Source: Bacillota bacterium (GTDB taxonomy: Bacteria > Bacillota > Clostridia > Christensenellales > SZUA-584). From it: a stretch of DNA of 64,000 bases. The number at the start of each line of letters is the position of its first letter. The stretch's first letter is position 1. A model generated the notes under the pieces. That model saw only the letters and a list, made by a program, of their open reading frames with translations. It searched no databases and had not been told where the DNA came from. Positions 48,215 through 56,674 of the stretch are shown here, piece after piece. Both the position numbers and the translations under genes were made by a program. The DNA lies in assembly GCA_023408075.1 (NCBI GenBank), contig JAEYKW010000015.1, forward strand, positions 319,170 through 383,169, in the 5' to 3' direction.

Positions 48215-49458
48215 TGCACCATACCATCCTTAAAAAAGCCCACGGGATGTATGATGTGATCTCCTTTGGGGTTGATGCCTCCGAGAGGTTTGTCAGCCAG
48301 CATGCATGCGCGCTGCAGTGTAAAATGCCCGAAGCGGCGCCGTATCTCATCCACGGCGATGTCGAGCGCTTCGTATTTTTCACGCTGCCGCTCGTCGCTG
48401 AACACCGAAAGCTGCTGCGGTATGGAAGCGGGTATAAGATCAGTACAGCGCACGCCTAGGCTGCGGATAGGGCGCGGCCAGTTGTAATGCGCCACGAAAA
48501 GACGCATCGCCGCATCCGCGATCTCACCCGTTATGTGTGACGGGCGGGACAGCTTGCACTGGCGCTCAAAGCGGAAAAGCTCGTTGTCGCGAATGGATAT
48601 CGCCACGGTGCGGCATACAAAGCCGTGCTCACGCAGACGCGCACAGACACTTTCGCAGAGTACGAACAACGTGACCTTCACGTCCTCATTGCATGTTAAA
48701 TCGCGCGGGGTCGTGGTGCTGTTGCCGATGGATTTGATCATTGATTCCTCATCCATCTGCATCACGGGGGAATTGTCGAAGCCGTTCGCAAAGGAATAAA
48801 GAACGTCGCCCACTTTGCCGAAAATGCCATGCAGCAGCGAGAGTGGCGTGGCAGCCAGCTGGCCGATGGTGGTGATTCCTAAGCGCACGAGTTTACCCTT
48901 GGTGGCGCGGCCCACATAAAGGAGCTCATCCACGGGCAGCGGCCACGCGACGGATTTGTAATTGTCTCTGCTGATCAGTGTGGTGGCATCCGGCTTTTTG
49001 ATATCAGAACCGAGCTTGGCAAATATCTTGTTGTAGCTGACGCCCACAGATGCCGTGACGCCGAGCTCTCGTGTCACGCGGGCCCGTATCTCGTTGGCGA
49101 TGTGTACGCCATCTTCACCGCTCACGTCGAGCCATGCTTCGTCGAGGCCGAACGGCTCAATCTGCGAGGTGTAGTCAGCGTAGATACTGCGGGCGAGCTT
49201 TGCGTAACGCAGGTAAAGTGGATAATTCGGAGGCAGCACGATGAGACCCTGGCATTTTTCTCGTGCCTGCCAAAGCGCCTCGCCTGTCTTTATGCCGGTC
49301 GCTTTAGCGATATAATTTTTTGCCAACACTATGCCGTGCCGCAGTTCCTCGTCGCCGCCGACAACAACCGGATTGCCCCGGATTTCAGGCCGGTGCACGC
49401 ACTCCACGGACGCGTAAAAGTTATTCATATCGCTGTGTAAAATGACCCGCTGCTTCAT
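48211..49458 (-). CDS. Y-family (DinB/UmuC-like) translesion DNA polymerase
   Basis: ILHSDMNNFYASVE, FGLDEAWLDVSG and SVGVSYNKIFAKLGSD motifs. Confidence 0.9.
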   Translation of the reverse strand: MKQRVILHSDMNNFYASVECVHRPEIRGNPVVVGGDEELRHGIVLAKNYIAKATGIKTGEALWQAREKCQGLIVLPPNYPLYLRYAKLARSIYADYTSQIEPFGLDEAWLDVSGEDGVHIANEIRARVTRELGVTASVGVSYNKIFAKLGSDIKKPDATTLISRDNYKSVAWPLPVDELLYVGRATKGKLVRLGITTIGQLAATPLSLLHGIFGKVGDVLYSFANGFDNSPVMQMDEESMIKSIGNSTTTPRDLTCNEDVKVTLFVLCESVCARLREHGFVCRTVAISIRDNELFRFERQCKLSRPSHITGEIADAAMRLFVAHYNWPRPIRSLGVRCTDLIPASIPQQLSVFSDERQREKYEALDIAVDEIRRRFGHFTLQRACMLADKPLGGINPKGDHIIHPVGFFKDGMVQ

Positions 49459-49530
49459 TTCCTTAAACCTCGAACATTTGTTCTATAGAAAGTTTATTCG
49501 AATCGAGGTCTTTTTACAACAGGTAATATT

Positions 49531-49560
49531 TAAAAAACCGCCTCGTAAGGAAGCGGTTTC
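49531..49560 (-). terminator. Rho-independent terminator after the late regulator gene
   Basis: The minus strand reads GAAACCGC-ttccttacgag-GCGGTTTTTT. Confidence 0.65.
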
Positions 49561-49604
49561 TCATTCTCTGTTCACTGTTTTCACAATAGCAGAAAAAAAC
49601 GGCA

Positions 49605-50051
49605 CTAAGCGGCACGTTTTTGAATCTTTTCCAATATGGCATCTTTAATGTTGCGCGCCCCTCTCTCGCTATACCCTATTTTCTGCGCCACCTTCCATGC
49701 CGCCATACCATCGAAATACCGCAGCCGCACATACCGCTGCTCGGTCTCACTCAGGCCGGAACCGTTCACCATATCCTCAAGCTGGGCCAGCTTACCGTAT
49801 GCCGCCGCCAGATCAGCAGACACCTTCCGTATGCGCTCGGCGTAGACATCGACAAGCCGCGTAACGGCCTGCACCACGGGATCATACAGTGGGCCCCCGG
49901 TGACTCTATCCTTCTCCGGGGCCACGCCGCGCAGCATATCGTCATAGATGGAATCCCGCTTAGCTTTGAGTTCCTCGATCTGCAGCTCCAACTCCCGGAT
50001 GCGCTGCTTGATTCGCGGATATTCACTTAGCCGCCGCTCTATATCTGTCAT
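49605..50051 (-). CDS. Phage late-gene transcriptional activator (sigma-70 region-4-like / RinA-ArpU-DUF1492 type)
   Basis: C-terminal LSETEQRYVRLRYFDGMAAWKVAQKIGYSERGARNIKDAILEKI is a sigma region-4-type HTH. It sits upstream of the packaging module. Confidence 0.65.
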   Translation of the reverse strand: MTDIERRLSEYPRIKQRIRELELQIEELKAKRDSIYDDMLRGVAPEKDRVTGGPLYDPVVQAVTRLVDVYAERIRKVSADLAAAYGKLAQLEDMVNGSGLSETEQRYVRLRYFDGMAAWKVAQKIGYSERGARNIKDAILEKIQKRAA

Positions 50052-50145
50052 ATGACCCCCATAGAATCAAAATCAAATTGTATTCCCATCTCCTTCCTGC
50101 TAAGCTGTATGTGTGCCAAATAGCGACAGAAAGGAGGTGTTTCGT

Positions 50146-50322
50146 ATGGCAAAGGATTCTCTCGATATGGCGGCAGATATCACCATCGCTTCGCTCGGTG
50201 ATTCAAATCAATCTTACGCGCATCCAGATCAAATCGTAAAAACATTTGAGGCGATCTATCGCAAAATCGAAGAGCTTAAAGCTGAAAAGCCTAGACCCAA
50301 TGACCCTATAAATGTTAGATAA
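50146..50322 (+). CDS. Small hypothetical protein on the opposite strand within the lytic block
   Basis: AAGGAGG then 7 nt then ATG 50146. 58 aa. Confidence 0.4.
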   Translation: MAKDSLDMAADITIASLGDSNQSYAHPDQIVKTFEAIYRKIEELKAEKPRPNDPINVR

Positions 50323-50521
50323 AACCACAGTCCATGATTTTCAGCACTTCCGGGAAAGCGGCATATTCAGCTTCCGTCGCTATCCCGGAAGCCACTCTTT
50401 CAAGATACGGCTTGATGTAGTTCTTAAAAACATCTTCTCTCGTCGGCAACTCCTCAGATTGCTCTAACGGTGCCTGTCTGCTTTCACCCGTGTTGGCAAT
50501 TCTCGTTTTATCATCTTGCAT
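50315..50521 (-). CDS. Hypothetical small phage protein
   Basis: GGAAAGGAGGGGG RBS then MQDDKTRIANTG... Confidence 0.4.
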   Translation of the reverse strand: MQDDKTRIANTGESRQAPLEQSEELPTREDVFKNYIKPYLERVASGIATEAEYAAFPEVLKIMDCGFI

Positions 50522-50614
50522 AAGTACCCCCTCCTTTCCGCCGCATACCCGCAGCTTTCTTATCATCCCCGCCGCCCGGCATAAACCCAAGCGCTTGGGA
50601 TTATGACTCAGCCT

Positions 50615-51304
50615 TCAAGACGCCAGCGTCCGGTAATTGCGGCCGTCTTTCTTCACGATGTTGAGCGAATAGCCGCCGCACATTTGCTTGATGCGACCGC
50701 CCAGCGCTTCATCAATCCTCATGATCTCATCCAGTGAGCGTTCCGACGTGATGATCGTCAATTTGCCGCCCACCACCCGAAGATTGATCAATTCAAAAGC
50801 GTGGTCTATGTCAGCTTTGGACGGCGGAAACTTCATGAAATCATCAATGTACAGTACGCTGGCACTGCCATACTTATTCAGCACTTCCCTGTAGGCTTCA
50901 TCGTCGTTGACGTTGGCTTTCATCTCCACCATCATGCCTTTGAACGTGGTGTAGATCGTGTCGGCACCGGTGTTGATGAAATGAGCACATACCGCCGTGC
51001 CCAGGTGCGTTTTCCCGCAGCCGGATTGACCACTCAGATATAGAAACCGGCTGTCCGTCTGCGCGATGAATCGCTGGCAAAGATCAAACATCTGCTGCTG
51101 ATAATCGTGTTCCTGCTTGAAGTTGTCAAAGCGCATATTCTCGATGCTATCGGCCAAGCCCGATTTGTGAAGCGCAATCAGTGACCGCCGCTTATTATGA
51201 CAGCTGCACTTCACGTATACGACATTTCCGTCAACCTTCGCGAGCCTAAGGCCCGTGTCATTGCACTGTTCGCAATGCATGATATTCCCGTACTCGATAT
51301 CCAT
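50615..51304 (-). CDS. DnaC/IstB-like AAA+ helicase loader with an N-terminal zinc-ribbon
   Basis: Walker A GQSGCGKTH and Walker B VLYIDDF. N-terminal CEQCNDTG...CSCH. Confidence 0.8.
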   Translation of the reverse strand: MDIEYGNIMHCEQCNDTGLRLAKVDGNVVYVKCSCHNKRRSLIALHKSGLADSIENMRFDNFKQEHDYQQQMFDLCQRFIAQTDSRFLYLSGQSGCGKTHLGTAVCAHFINTGADTIYTTFKGMMVEMKANVNDDEAYREVLNKYGSASVLYIDDFMKFPPSKADIDHAFELINLRVVGGKLTIITSERSLDEIMRIDEALGGRIKQMCGGYSLNIVKKDGRNYRTLAS

Positions 51305-51315
51305 CTGTGACCTCC

Positions 51316-52086
51316 TTAAACATCCCGGCTATATCTGCTCGACTGCTGTTCGCCTGCCTGCTGCCCGCCGCTGGGCGATGCGCGGCCCTTGAGCTTGTCC
51401 CAGATGATGCCTTGGTAATTGCAAGCCATGCACTCATCGATCAGCGTGATAATATCGCTCTCCTGATAGACGGCAAGCTTGTTCTTAACGCCTGACAGAA
51501 ACGCCTTAAGGCCCGTGGCTTTGTACGATTCCCGCCGCTCACGCTTATAGGCGAGCCACTCATCAAGCTTTGACCGTATGGCAAGCGAGAAATCGTAACC
51601 GGCGTATAGGTCCCCCGGTTCAGCCGCAGGCTTCCCGTGCGCGGGCGTTGGATTTGGATTCGGATTCGGATTGGATTCGGATTGGATTGGATTAAGGCCG
51701 CCAGCCGCCGCATCTTGCGGCGAATCGCCGCGACTTTCCGCGAGCTCGTCAAAATCGTCTGGTGGAGCAGGATATTTCGCCTTAGAGTCACGAACCCTTT
51801 GATGCAAACCCCACTTAGGAAACAACAGGAACGGTTTCCCGTCTACTTCGTAGAACCTGACCAATCCTATTAACGCCAATCGGGAGACGGCATCTGATAC
51901 GTTCTTCTCGGTGATTCCCTGCTTTGTCACAAACAGCTTCGATTTCAAAAAACCCGGTCGCGCGTCGATACGGCCGTAATCATCAACATTGACGATCAGC
52001 CGGCAAAATACGGTCTCCTCAAAGGGCGTCAGCTGATCGATGTCGGCGCTATAGCATATGGATTCCTTAATCACACGGTTTCCCAT
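51316..52086 (-). CDS. Phage replisome organizer / DnaD-like replication initiation protein
   Basis: N-terminal LTPFEETVFCRLIVNVDDYGRIDARPGFLKSKLF is the replisome-organizer N-domain as I recall it. C-terminal DnaD-like region. Confidence 0.7.
   Translation of the reverse strand: MGNRVIKESICYSADIDQLTPFEETVFCRLIVNVDDYGRIDARPGFLKSKLFVTKQGITEKNVSDAVSRLALIGLVRFYEVDGKPFLLFPKWGLHQRVRDSKAKYPAPPDDFDELAESRGDSPQDAAAGGLNPIQSESNPNPNPNPTPAHGKPAAEPGDLYAGYDFSLAIRSKLDEWLAYKRERRESYKATGLKAFLSGVKNKLAVYQESDIITLIDECMACNYQGIIWDKLKGRASPSGGQQAGEQQSSRYSRDV
51650..51693. repeat. Eight closely spaced GGATT pentamers (spacing 5-6 nt) inside the replisome-organizer gene; candidate origin iterons
   Basis: GGATT starts at 51650, 51656, 51662, 51668, 51673, 51679, 51684 and 51689. 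On the minus strand this encodes NPIQSESNPNPNPNPT. Confidence 0.45.
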
Positions 52087-52459
52087 TTATTGACCTCATA
52101 AATTTATCCGTTTCTTATGCTGCCCTGCATAGCCTTGGCATTTCTCCATATAATAAAGCCAAATTACATATGTAGGAGGTGATTGCGTCGTGCGAATTAT
52201 ATTCGCAAAAACTATAATTATCGTCCTACCTTAAACAGGACCTTAAGCCCTATAGTGCAAACGCACTATAGGTGCGCAAACATTTATTTTAAAAAATCTT
52301 GTCTAACACCAAAACATAATCGCATATTAATAAATCTCACATCGACTTGCAATGATTGTCGTTTTAGATTTAAATACTGTTCTTCTATTGAAATGTTGTT
52401 TTTAACTTTGATGCACGGCGACCCCAGCCCCACCGAAGCCGCCGCGACTAAATAATTTT

Positions 52460-52768
52460 TTAAGCAGTCTCTTTCATGACATCTTTGCCGCTTTCATTAA
52501 GACTCGCACGAATTATTCCGTTTATTTCGTCACAAAGATCAGGAATGATTTCTTCAATAGTAAAAAGGCAATCTATTGCAATTTGAGTTATTGTTTTATA
52601 GTGCATGAATTCATTGAATACCTTAGAAGATACGCCATCTTGAGAATAGCGCTCAAAATAGCCATCTTGAAGCGTTTTAACCAAAGCAGTAACTTTCTTA
52701 AGATTGTCTCCAATCTCCTTAAAAATCAGATCTCCGACCTTCTCTTCCAAACCCTCAAGTTGGTTCAT
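52460..52768 (-). CDS. Hypothetical helical protein (AT-rich)
   Basis: 102 aa with no recognisable motif. Confidence 0.45.
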   Translation of the reverse strand: MNQLEGLEEKVGDLIFKEIGDNLKKVTALVKTLQDGYFERYSQDGVSSKVFNEFMHYKTITQIAIDCLFTIEEIIPDLCDEINGIIRASLNESGKDVMKETA

Positions 52769-52872
52769 AACTGACCTCCAAATAATTTGATGTGAGTCTT
52801 ATTTCTGATTGAGACGCGCGGCGTCGATATGCTTGGTGCCACCGCCACGCGACCCGATTTCAATCCATTGAT

Positions 52873-53418
52873 TTATGCAACGGTATCTATTTTTAAACCA
52901 TCGCATAGTTCGCGCTGAGTTGCGGCCGCGATCAACCCCGAACATTCCTCTTTCAGAAGCTCTATATCATATGACGACAGCACAAAACGATAAAATGTCT
53001 TATCATACAAAGCGCTGTAGCTTTCGCGTATTTCTTGCCTTTTAAAGAGCTCAAATGTCATTTTCGGATCAGGCACGTTATCTCCAAAAATCGCCTTCAT
53101 AAGCTGCCACCAAAACAAAGCGAACATCTGATATATTTGTTCATGTTCGGACTTGGGCGACTCTTTAATCATTCTGGTTAATAACTCATCAGCGGTAGGC
53201 AACGGCTGGAATAAAAGAAAATCAGTTGTTACCTTTAAAAAGTCAGCCAGCTTTATAACCCTCTCTAATCTAAAATTTCTTGTGCCCTTCTCATAGGCCG
53301 CATATGCCTTCGTTGGAATGCCAAGATGAACGGCTACATCTTTTTGCGTGTATCCCCTTTGTTCTCTTAATCGTACAAGGCTCTTCTTTAATTCGGGTTT
53401 CTTAGTTTGAGTTGACAT
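52873..53418 (-). CDS. XRE-family HTH protein with an uncharacterised C-terminal domain (early lytic operon)
   Basis: LVRLREQRGYTQKDVAVHLGIPTKAYAAYEKGTRNFRLERVIKLADFLKVTTDFLL. Confidence 0.7.
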   Translation of the reverse strand: MSTQTKKPELKKSLVRLREQRGYTQKDVAVHLGIPTKAYAAYEKGTRNFRLERVIKLADFLKVTTDFLLFQPLPTADELLTRMIKESPKSEHEQIYQMFALFWWQLMKAIFGDNVPDPKMTFELFKRQEIRESYSALYDKTFYRFVLSSYDIELLKEECSGLIAAATQRELCDGLKIDTVA

Positions 53419-53778
53419 GGTTATATCCTCCTAAAGTATATTTGTAACAGTATCTACAATCTTCCTACCTAACCTTATTATTTTTTCCACTTTGTATACT
53501 GTTTAAACCCTCCATATATGGCTTCTCTCCGATACAAGTAATCAATATCATTTTACTGACTTCTTTGATTCTATCAGTAACTTCATTTTCTAGCGGCTCA
53601 AATTATGGGTACTTTACCGGCATAACAGCTCGCTTTATGGTTTTGCAGAGCATGAGTTCTTATGACTTTTACATTCGCTCGAAGAAGTCAAGCTTATGTT
53701 GCTAGAACATTTTACTTCAACCAAAATCCACAAAAAAATCGATGACATGGAGGGCCACTAATGAACGTATCCACACTT

Positions 53779-53970
53779 TTATGCTTCTTTCCTCTGCTGA
53801 TCCTGTAGCCATTTTTCGAACGCTTCTCGGGTCACTAGAAGTCGTTTTCCAATTCTGAACGAAGGGAACCCCTGTGAGTGAAAGAGACTATTTGCACCCA
53901 CGGGGCTAATACCAAGATACCCTGAAACATCAGCGACTGAATATGTTTGCTTATCAACAGCCTTTTTCAT
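53779..53970 (-). CDS. xis: Excisionase-type HTH DNA-binding protein
   Basis: YSVADVSGYLGISPVGANSLFHSQGFPSFRIGKRLLVTREAFEKWL matches the HTH_17/excisionase pattern. Confidence 0.65.
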   Translation of the reverse strand: MKKAVDKQTYSVADVSGYLGISPVGANSLFHSQGFPSFRIGKRLLVTREAFEKWLQDQQRKEA

Positions 53971-54011
53971 TGTGACCTCCGATTTTCTGAAGTGCGCAGT
54001 TCCGTTTGGTG

Positions 54012-54242
54012 TTATCTTTTTATATATAATGGTTCCGTTTGATCGCTGCTTTCAAGAAATAAATATGTAATACTCAGATGCGGAAAACATTTATTGCGTA
54101 TATTAAGCATTTCGTTTCGTGTAAAATCCGTCTTTCCAGAGAGTTTGCTGCGAAGTGTGTTATACTTAATATCCGCTATTTTCGATAGGGTTAAAATATC
54201 ATATCCACTTCGGCCCATTTCGGCCTTTAAATTGTTGAACAT
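54012..54242 (-). CDS. Cro-like early regulator
   Basis: 76-aa HTH-like protein (ILTLSKIADIKYNTLRSKLSGKTDFTRNEMLNI). Divergent from the repressor gene. AGGAGG RBS. Confidence 0.6.
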   Translation of the reverse strand: MFNNLKAEMGRSGYDILTLSKIADIKYNTLRSKLSGKTDFTRNEMLNIRNKCFPHLSITYLFLESSDQTEPLYIKR

Positions 54243-54253
54243 GCCTTTTCCTC

Positions 54254-54342
54254 CTATGATGTGTCGTATTTATAATGAATTTTATTCTACACATCATATA
54301 TTGTCAATACCAAATGACAAAAAAAATACGATGCATCATATA
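54254..54342. promoter_or_regulatory. Lysis-lysogeny switch: three copies of an ACAYATCATAT-like operator motif plus divergent promoters
   Basis: O1 at 54254-54266 (inverted: acgACACATCATA), O2 at 54287-54300 (tACACATCATATAT), O3 at 54328-54342 (acgATGCATCATATA). Leftward promoter TTGACA (54307-54302)-18-TAAAAT with O2 in its spacer. Rightward extended -10 TGGTATAAT at 54368-54376. Confidence 0.55.
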
Positions 54343-54406
54343 TTTGTGTGTTTAATCACACTATTTGTGGTATAATTTAAATATAAGAATACGAAGGGGA
54401 TAGTTT

Positions 54407-54835
54407 ATGGATTTTATTGAAAAACTAAATGCCTTGTTAAAAGAGAAGGGTATCAGTCGTGCCGAACTAGCTAAAAATGCAGATATTCCATATACCACTA
54501 TCGTGAGTCTATATGAAAAGGGTTATCAGAATGTCAAACTCTCTACTTTACGTCGGCTCGCATCCTACTTTAGGTGTAGCCTAGATTATCTTACAGATGA
54601 TTCTATATCAGACAGATACTTCGGTGTTACAGCTGACTATGCAAATGGAAGAACGAAACATAAGAATGCCATTATTTTAGAAGGTGATTTGCTCCCACCT
54701 GAACTTCAAGGTCTTGATATTAAACTTGAAGTTATTAAAGCTGTCGCTGATAGCGGGCTGAACGAGAAGGAAATAAAACTCGCTTTAAAACTCTATAAAC
54801 TGTACTCAGAGGATTACACCGATGACCACAAATAA
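54407..54835 (+). CDS. CI-like prophage repressor (XRE HTH, no S24 autopeptidase domain)
   Basis: KGISRAELAKNADIPYTTIVSLYEKGYQNVKLSTLRRLASYFRCSLDYL. 142 aa. Divergent from cro. Confidence 0.75.
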   Translation: MDFIEKLNALLKEKGISRAELAKNADIPYTTIVSLYEKGYQNVKLSTLRRLASYFRCSLDYLTDDSISDRYFGVTADYANGRTKHKNAIILEGDLLPPELQGLDIKLEVIKAVADSGLNEKEIKLALKLYKLYSEDYTDDHK

Positions 54836-55247
54836 TAATTGATTTTATTTTCACAGTCTACGCTCCTTTTTTAAGAAAGCTCACATCTAAATCGCTGAAT
54901 ATATATTAACAACTTCTAGGTGTTCATGTCTCTCTAATCATTATATCAAAAAGCTAAGTCGCACTACTATTAAGTTTAACTCTTTTTAAATTTCAATCTA
55001 CACATCAAATTAATCATCACTTTTTCGACTCAAAAGCATTATACCACTAAATTTGAACTCACTACTGCAATCTTTCTTACCTTCACTTCGCTATTTATTA
55101 ATTTGTCAATACCTAAAATAAAATTCTTATTGATGTAATACTTCTTTGCTGTTATGATGGTAACACAAGAAAACTTAACATGTCAATAAACGGAAACATT
55201 TGCATTTGAATCGCAAGAATGCATAACATTCATATCGAGGTAGAATA

Positions 55248-55955
55248 ATGAGTGTAAAAAAAGCAGATGAAAATAATTACAATAAAGCTTTTCCATCAAG
55301 ACTCAGGGCTTTATTAGACAATGAAAATCAAATTAGTCCTCTTGGAAAGAAAGTTACTCAAGTAGAACTTGCCCAGGCTTTTCATGACAATGGGATACCT
55401 GTAACTCGGCAAACAATAAGCTTATATGCTAATGGCAATACTACACCGGACATTGAGAAGTTCAAATTTATTGCGGACTATTTCAAAGTATCATATGACT
55501 TTTTACTTGGTGTTTCTGAAGCTACGAGTAGAGATAACGTGCAAATAAATAAAGAACTTGGATTATCCGAAAAAGCTATAAATGAGCTTAAGAAAATTAA
55601 AGATATGGGAAAAGACGGTCAAGCTATGCCAAGAGATATAAATTTTATATTTCAAACAATTGATTTTTTGATATCAGAAAACTGGTTCTTTATTGTTTCA
55701 CCTGTCGCCCGTTATGCCCTTACTTTATCAAAAATAAAAAAAGAAGTGAGGAACGAAGAAGAAAAAGGGAAGAAATTATATGTTGATTCATATAAATTAC
55801 CCACTGAATTAAGTCCCCATCTTAGATTTATCGAATGGGAAATGGTGGAGATGATACGCGACACTACAAAAAAACTAGCAGAAAAACTAAGTGATAAATT
55901 TGATACGGATGGATTACAGGAAAAAATCGATTCAGATTTAAATCAGTGGTTGTAA
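55248..55955 (+). CDS. XRE-family HTH protein with a ~150-aa uncharacterised C-terminal domain
   Basis: KVTQVELAQAFHDNGIPVTRQTISLYANGNTTPDIEKFKFIADYFKVSYDFLLG. Candidate promoter TTGATG-17-TATGAT roughly 90 bp upstream. Confidence 0.7.
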   Translation: MSVKKADENNYNKAFPSRLRALLDNENQISPLGKKVTQVELAQAFHDNGIPVTRQTISLYANGNTTPDIEKFKFIADYFKVSYDFLLGVSEATSRDNVQINKELGLSEKAINELKKIKDMGKDGQAMPRDINFIFQTIDFLISENWFFIVSPVARYALTLSKIKKEVRNEEEKGKKLYVDSYKLPTELSPHLRFIEWEMVEMIRDTTKKLAEKLSDKFDTDGLQEKIDSDLNQWL

Positions 55956-56185
55956 ATGAAAAGCCGCTTAAGGATGAAAGCGGCCTTGGCGGAATGCGCC
56001 ATCTCTGGTAGGCAAATGAATCTTGGGCTATTGGCCCTCCGTAATTTAGGAGGGCCTTTTTTATTCTGCTATAATTAGCATATGCAGGAATTAGCGACAA
56101 TCTGTCGAAATAAGCAAAATAAGGTTGCGCATCATAAGCACTTTCATCTTTGCCTCTCAGCCCACCGCACTCATGGAGGTTAATT

Positions 56186-56662
56186 ATGAAAAGAATCTTA
56201 GCCATTATCCTTGTATGCTTCTTAGCGATCTCTTTTATAGCTTGCAGCCAATCATCAGCCCCAGATGAAAAAACACTGGCAAAAGCAAAAAGTTCTGTTT
56301 CCTCTCTTGTTAAAGATAGCACGGCGGAACCGACACAAAAACAGGCTATCATATCAACCGCCACGCCATCACCGGAACCGACGCTGGAGCCTACGCCGGA
56401 GCCGACTCCATCTCCCACGCCCGAGCCAACGCTGAAGCCCACCAAAGCACCAACGCCCGAGCCCACAATCGAGCCGACACCGGAACCCGAGCCAGCTGTC
56501 GTTGACGAGCCGAAGTCTGACGCCATTTACATCACAAAGACAGGTGAAAAATATCATCTGAGCGGGTGCCAGTATTTGAAGAAAAGCAAGATACCCATAT
56601 CGCTTGCCGATGCCAAAGCACAAGGATATACGCCTTGTTCAAAGTGTAACCCGCCGCAATAA
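56186..56662 (+). CDS. Prophage lipoprotein: Pro/Thr-rich linker plus a C-terminal Cys-rich (YH..C...C..C) small domain
   Basis: GGAGG RBS. Signal with lipobox ISFIAC. Linker PSPEPTLEPTPEPTPSPTPEPTLKPTKAPTPEPTIEPTPEPEP. C-terminus YITKTGEKYHLSGCQYLKKSKIPISLADAKAQGYTPCSKCNPP. Confidence 0.7.
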   Translation: MKRILAIILVCFLAISFIACSQSSAPDEKTLAKAKSSVSSLVKDSTAEPTQKQAIISTATPSPEPTLEPTPEPTPSPTPEPTLKPTKAPTPEPTIEPTPEPEPAVVDEPKSDAIYITKTGEKYHLSGCQYLKKSKIPISLADAKAQGYTPCSKCNPPQ

Positions 56663-56674
56663 GGAGCAATTATT

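Noticed and set aside
52183-52455. 90-aa plus-strand ORF in the AT-rich gap upstream of the replisome organizer.
   Set aside because: It has no RBS, an Asn/Tyr/Ile/Arg-rich composition typical of random AT-rich DNA, and the opposite orientation to the surrounding operon.
53419-53778. 360-bp gap between the XRE gene and xis, scanned for small ORFs. These included a 37-aa minus-strand ORF and a 15-aa plus-strand ORF after GGAGGG.
   Set aside because: The minus-strand candidate lacks an RBS. The plus-strand one is tiny and antisense to xis. Neither can be supported from sequence alone.
55864-56526. 220-aa minus-strand ORF (Gly/Ser/Val repeats) overlapping the prophage lipoprotein gene.
   Set aside because: It is the antisense reading of the Pro/Thr linker. 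The plus-strand gene has an RBS, a lipobox and a structured C-domain.
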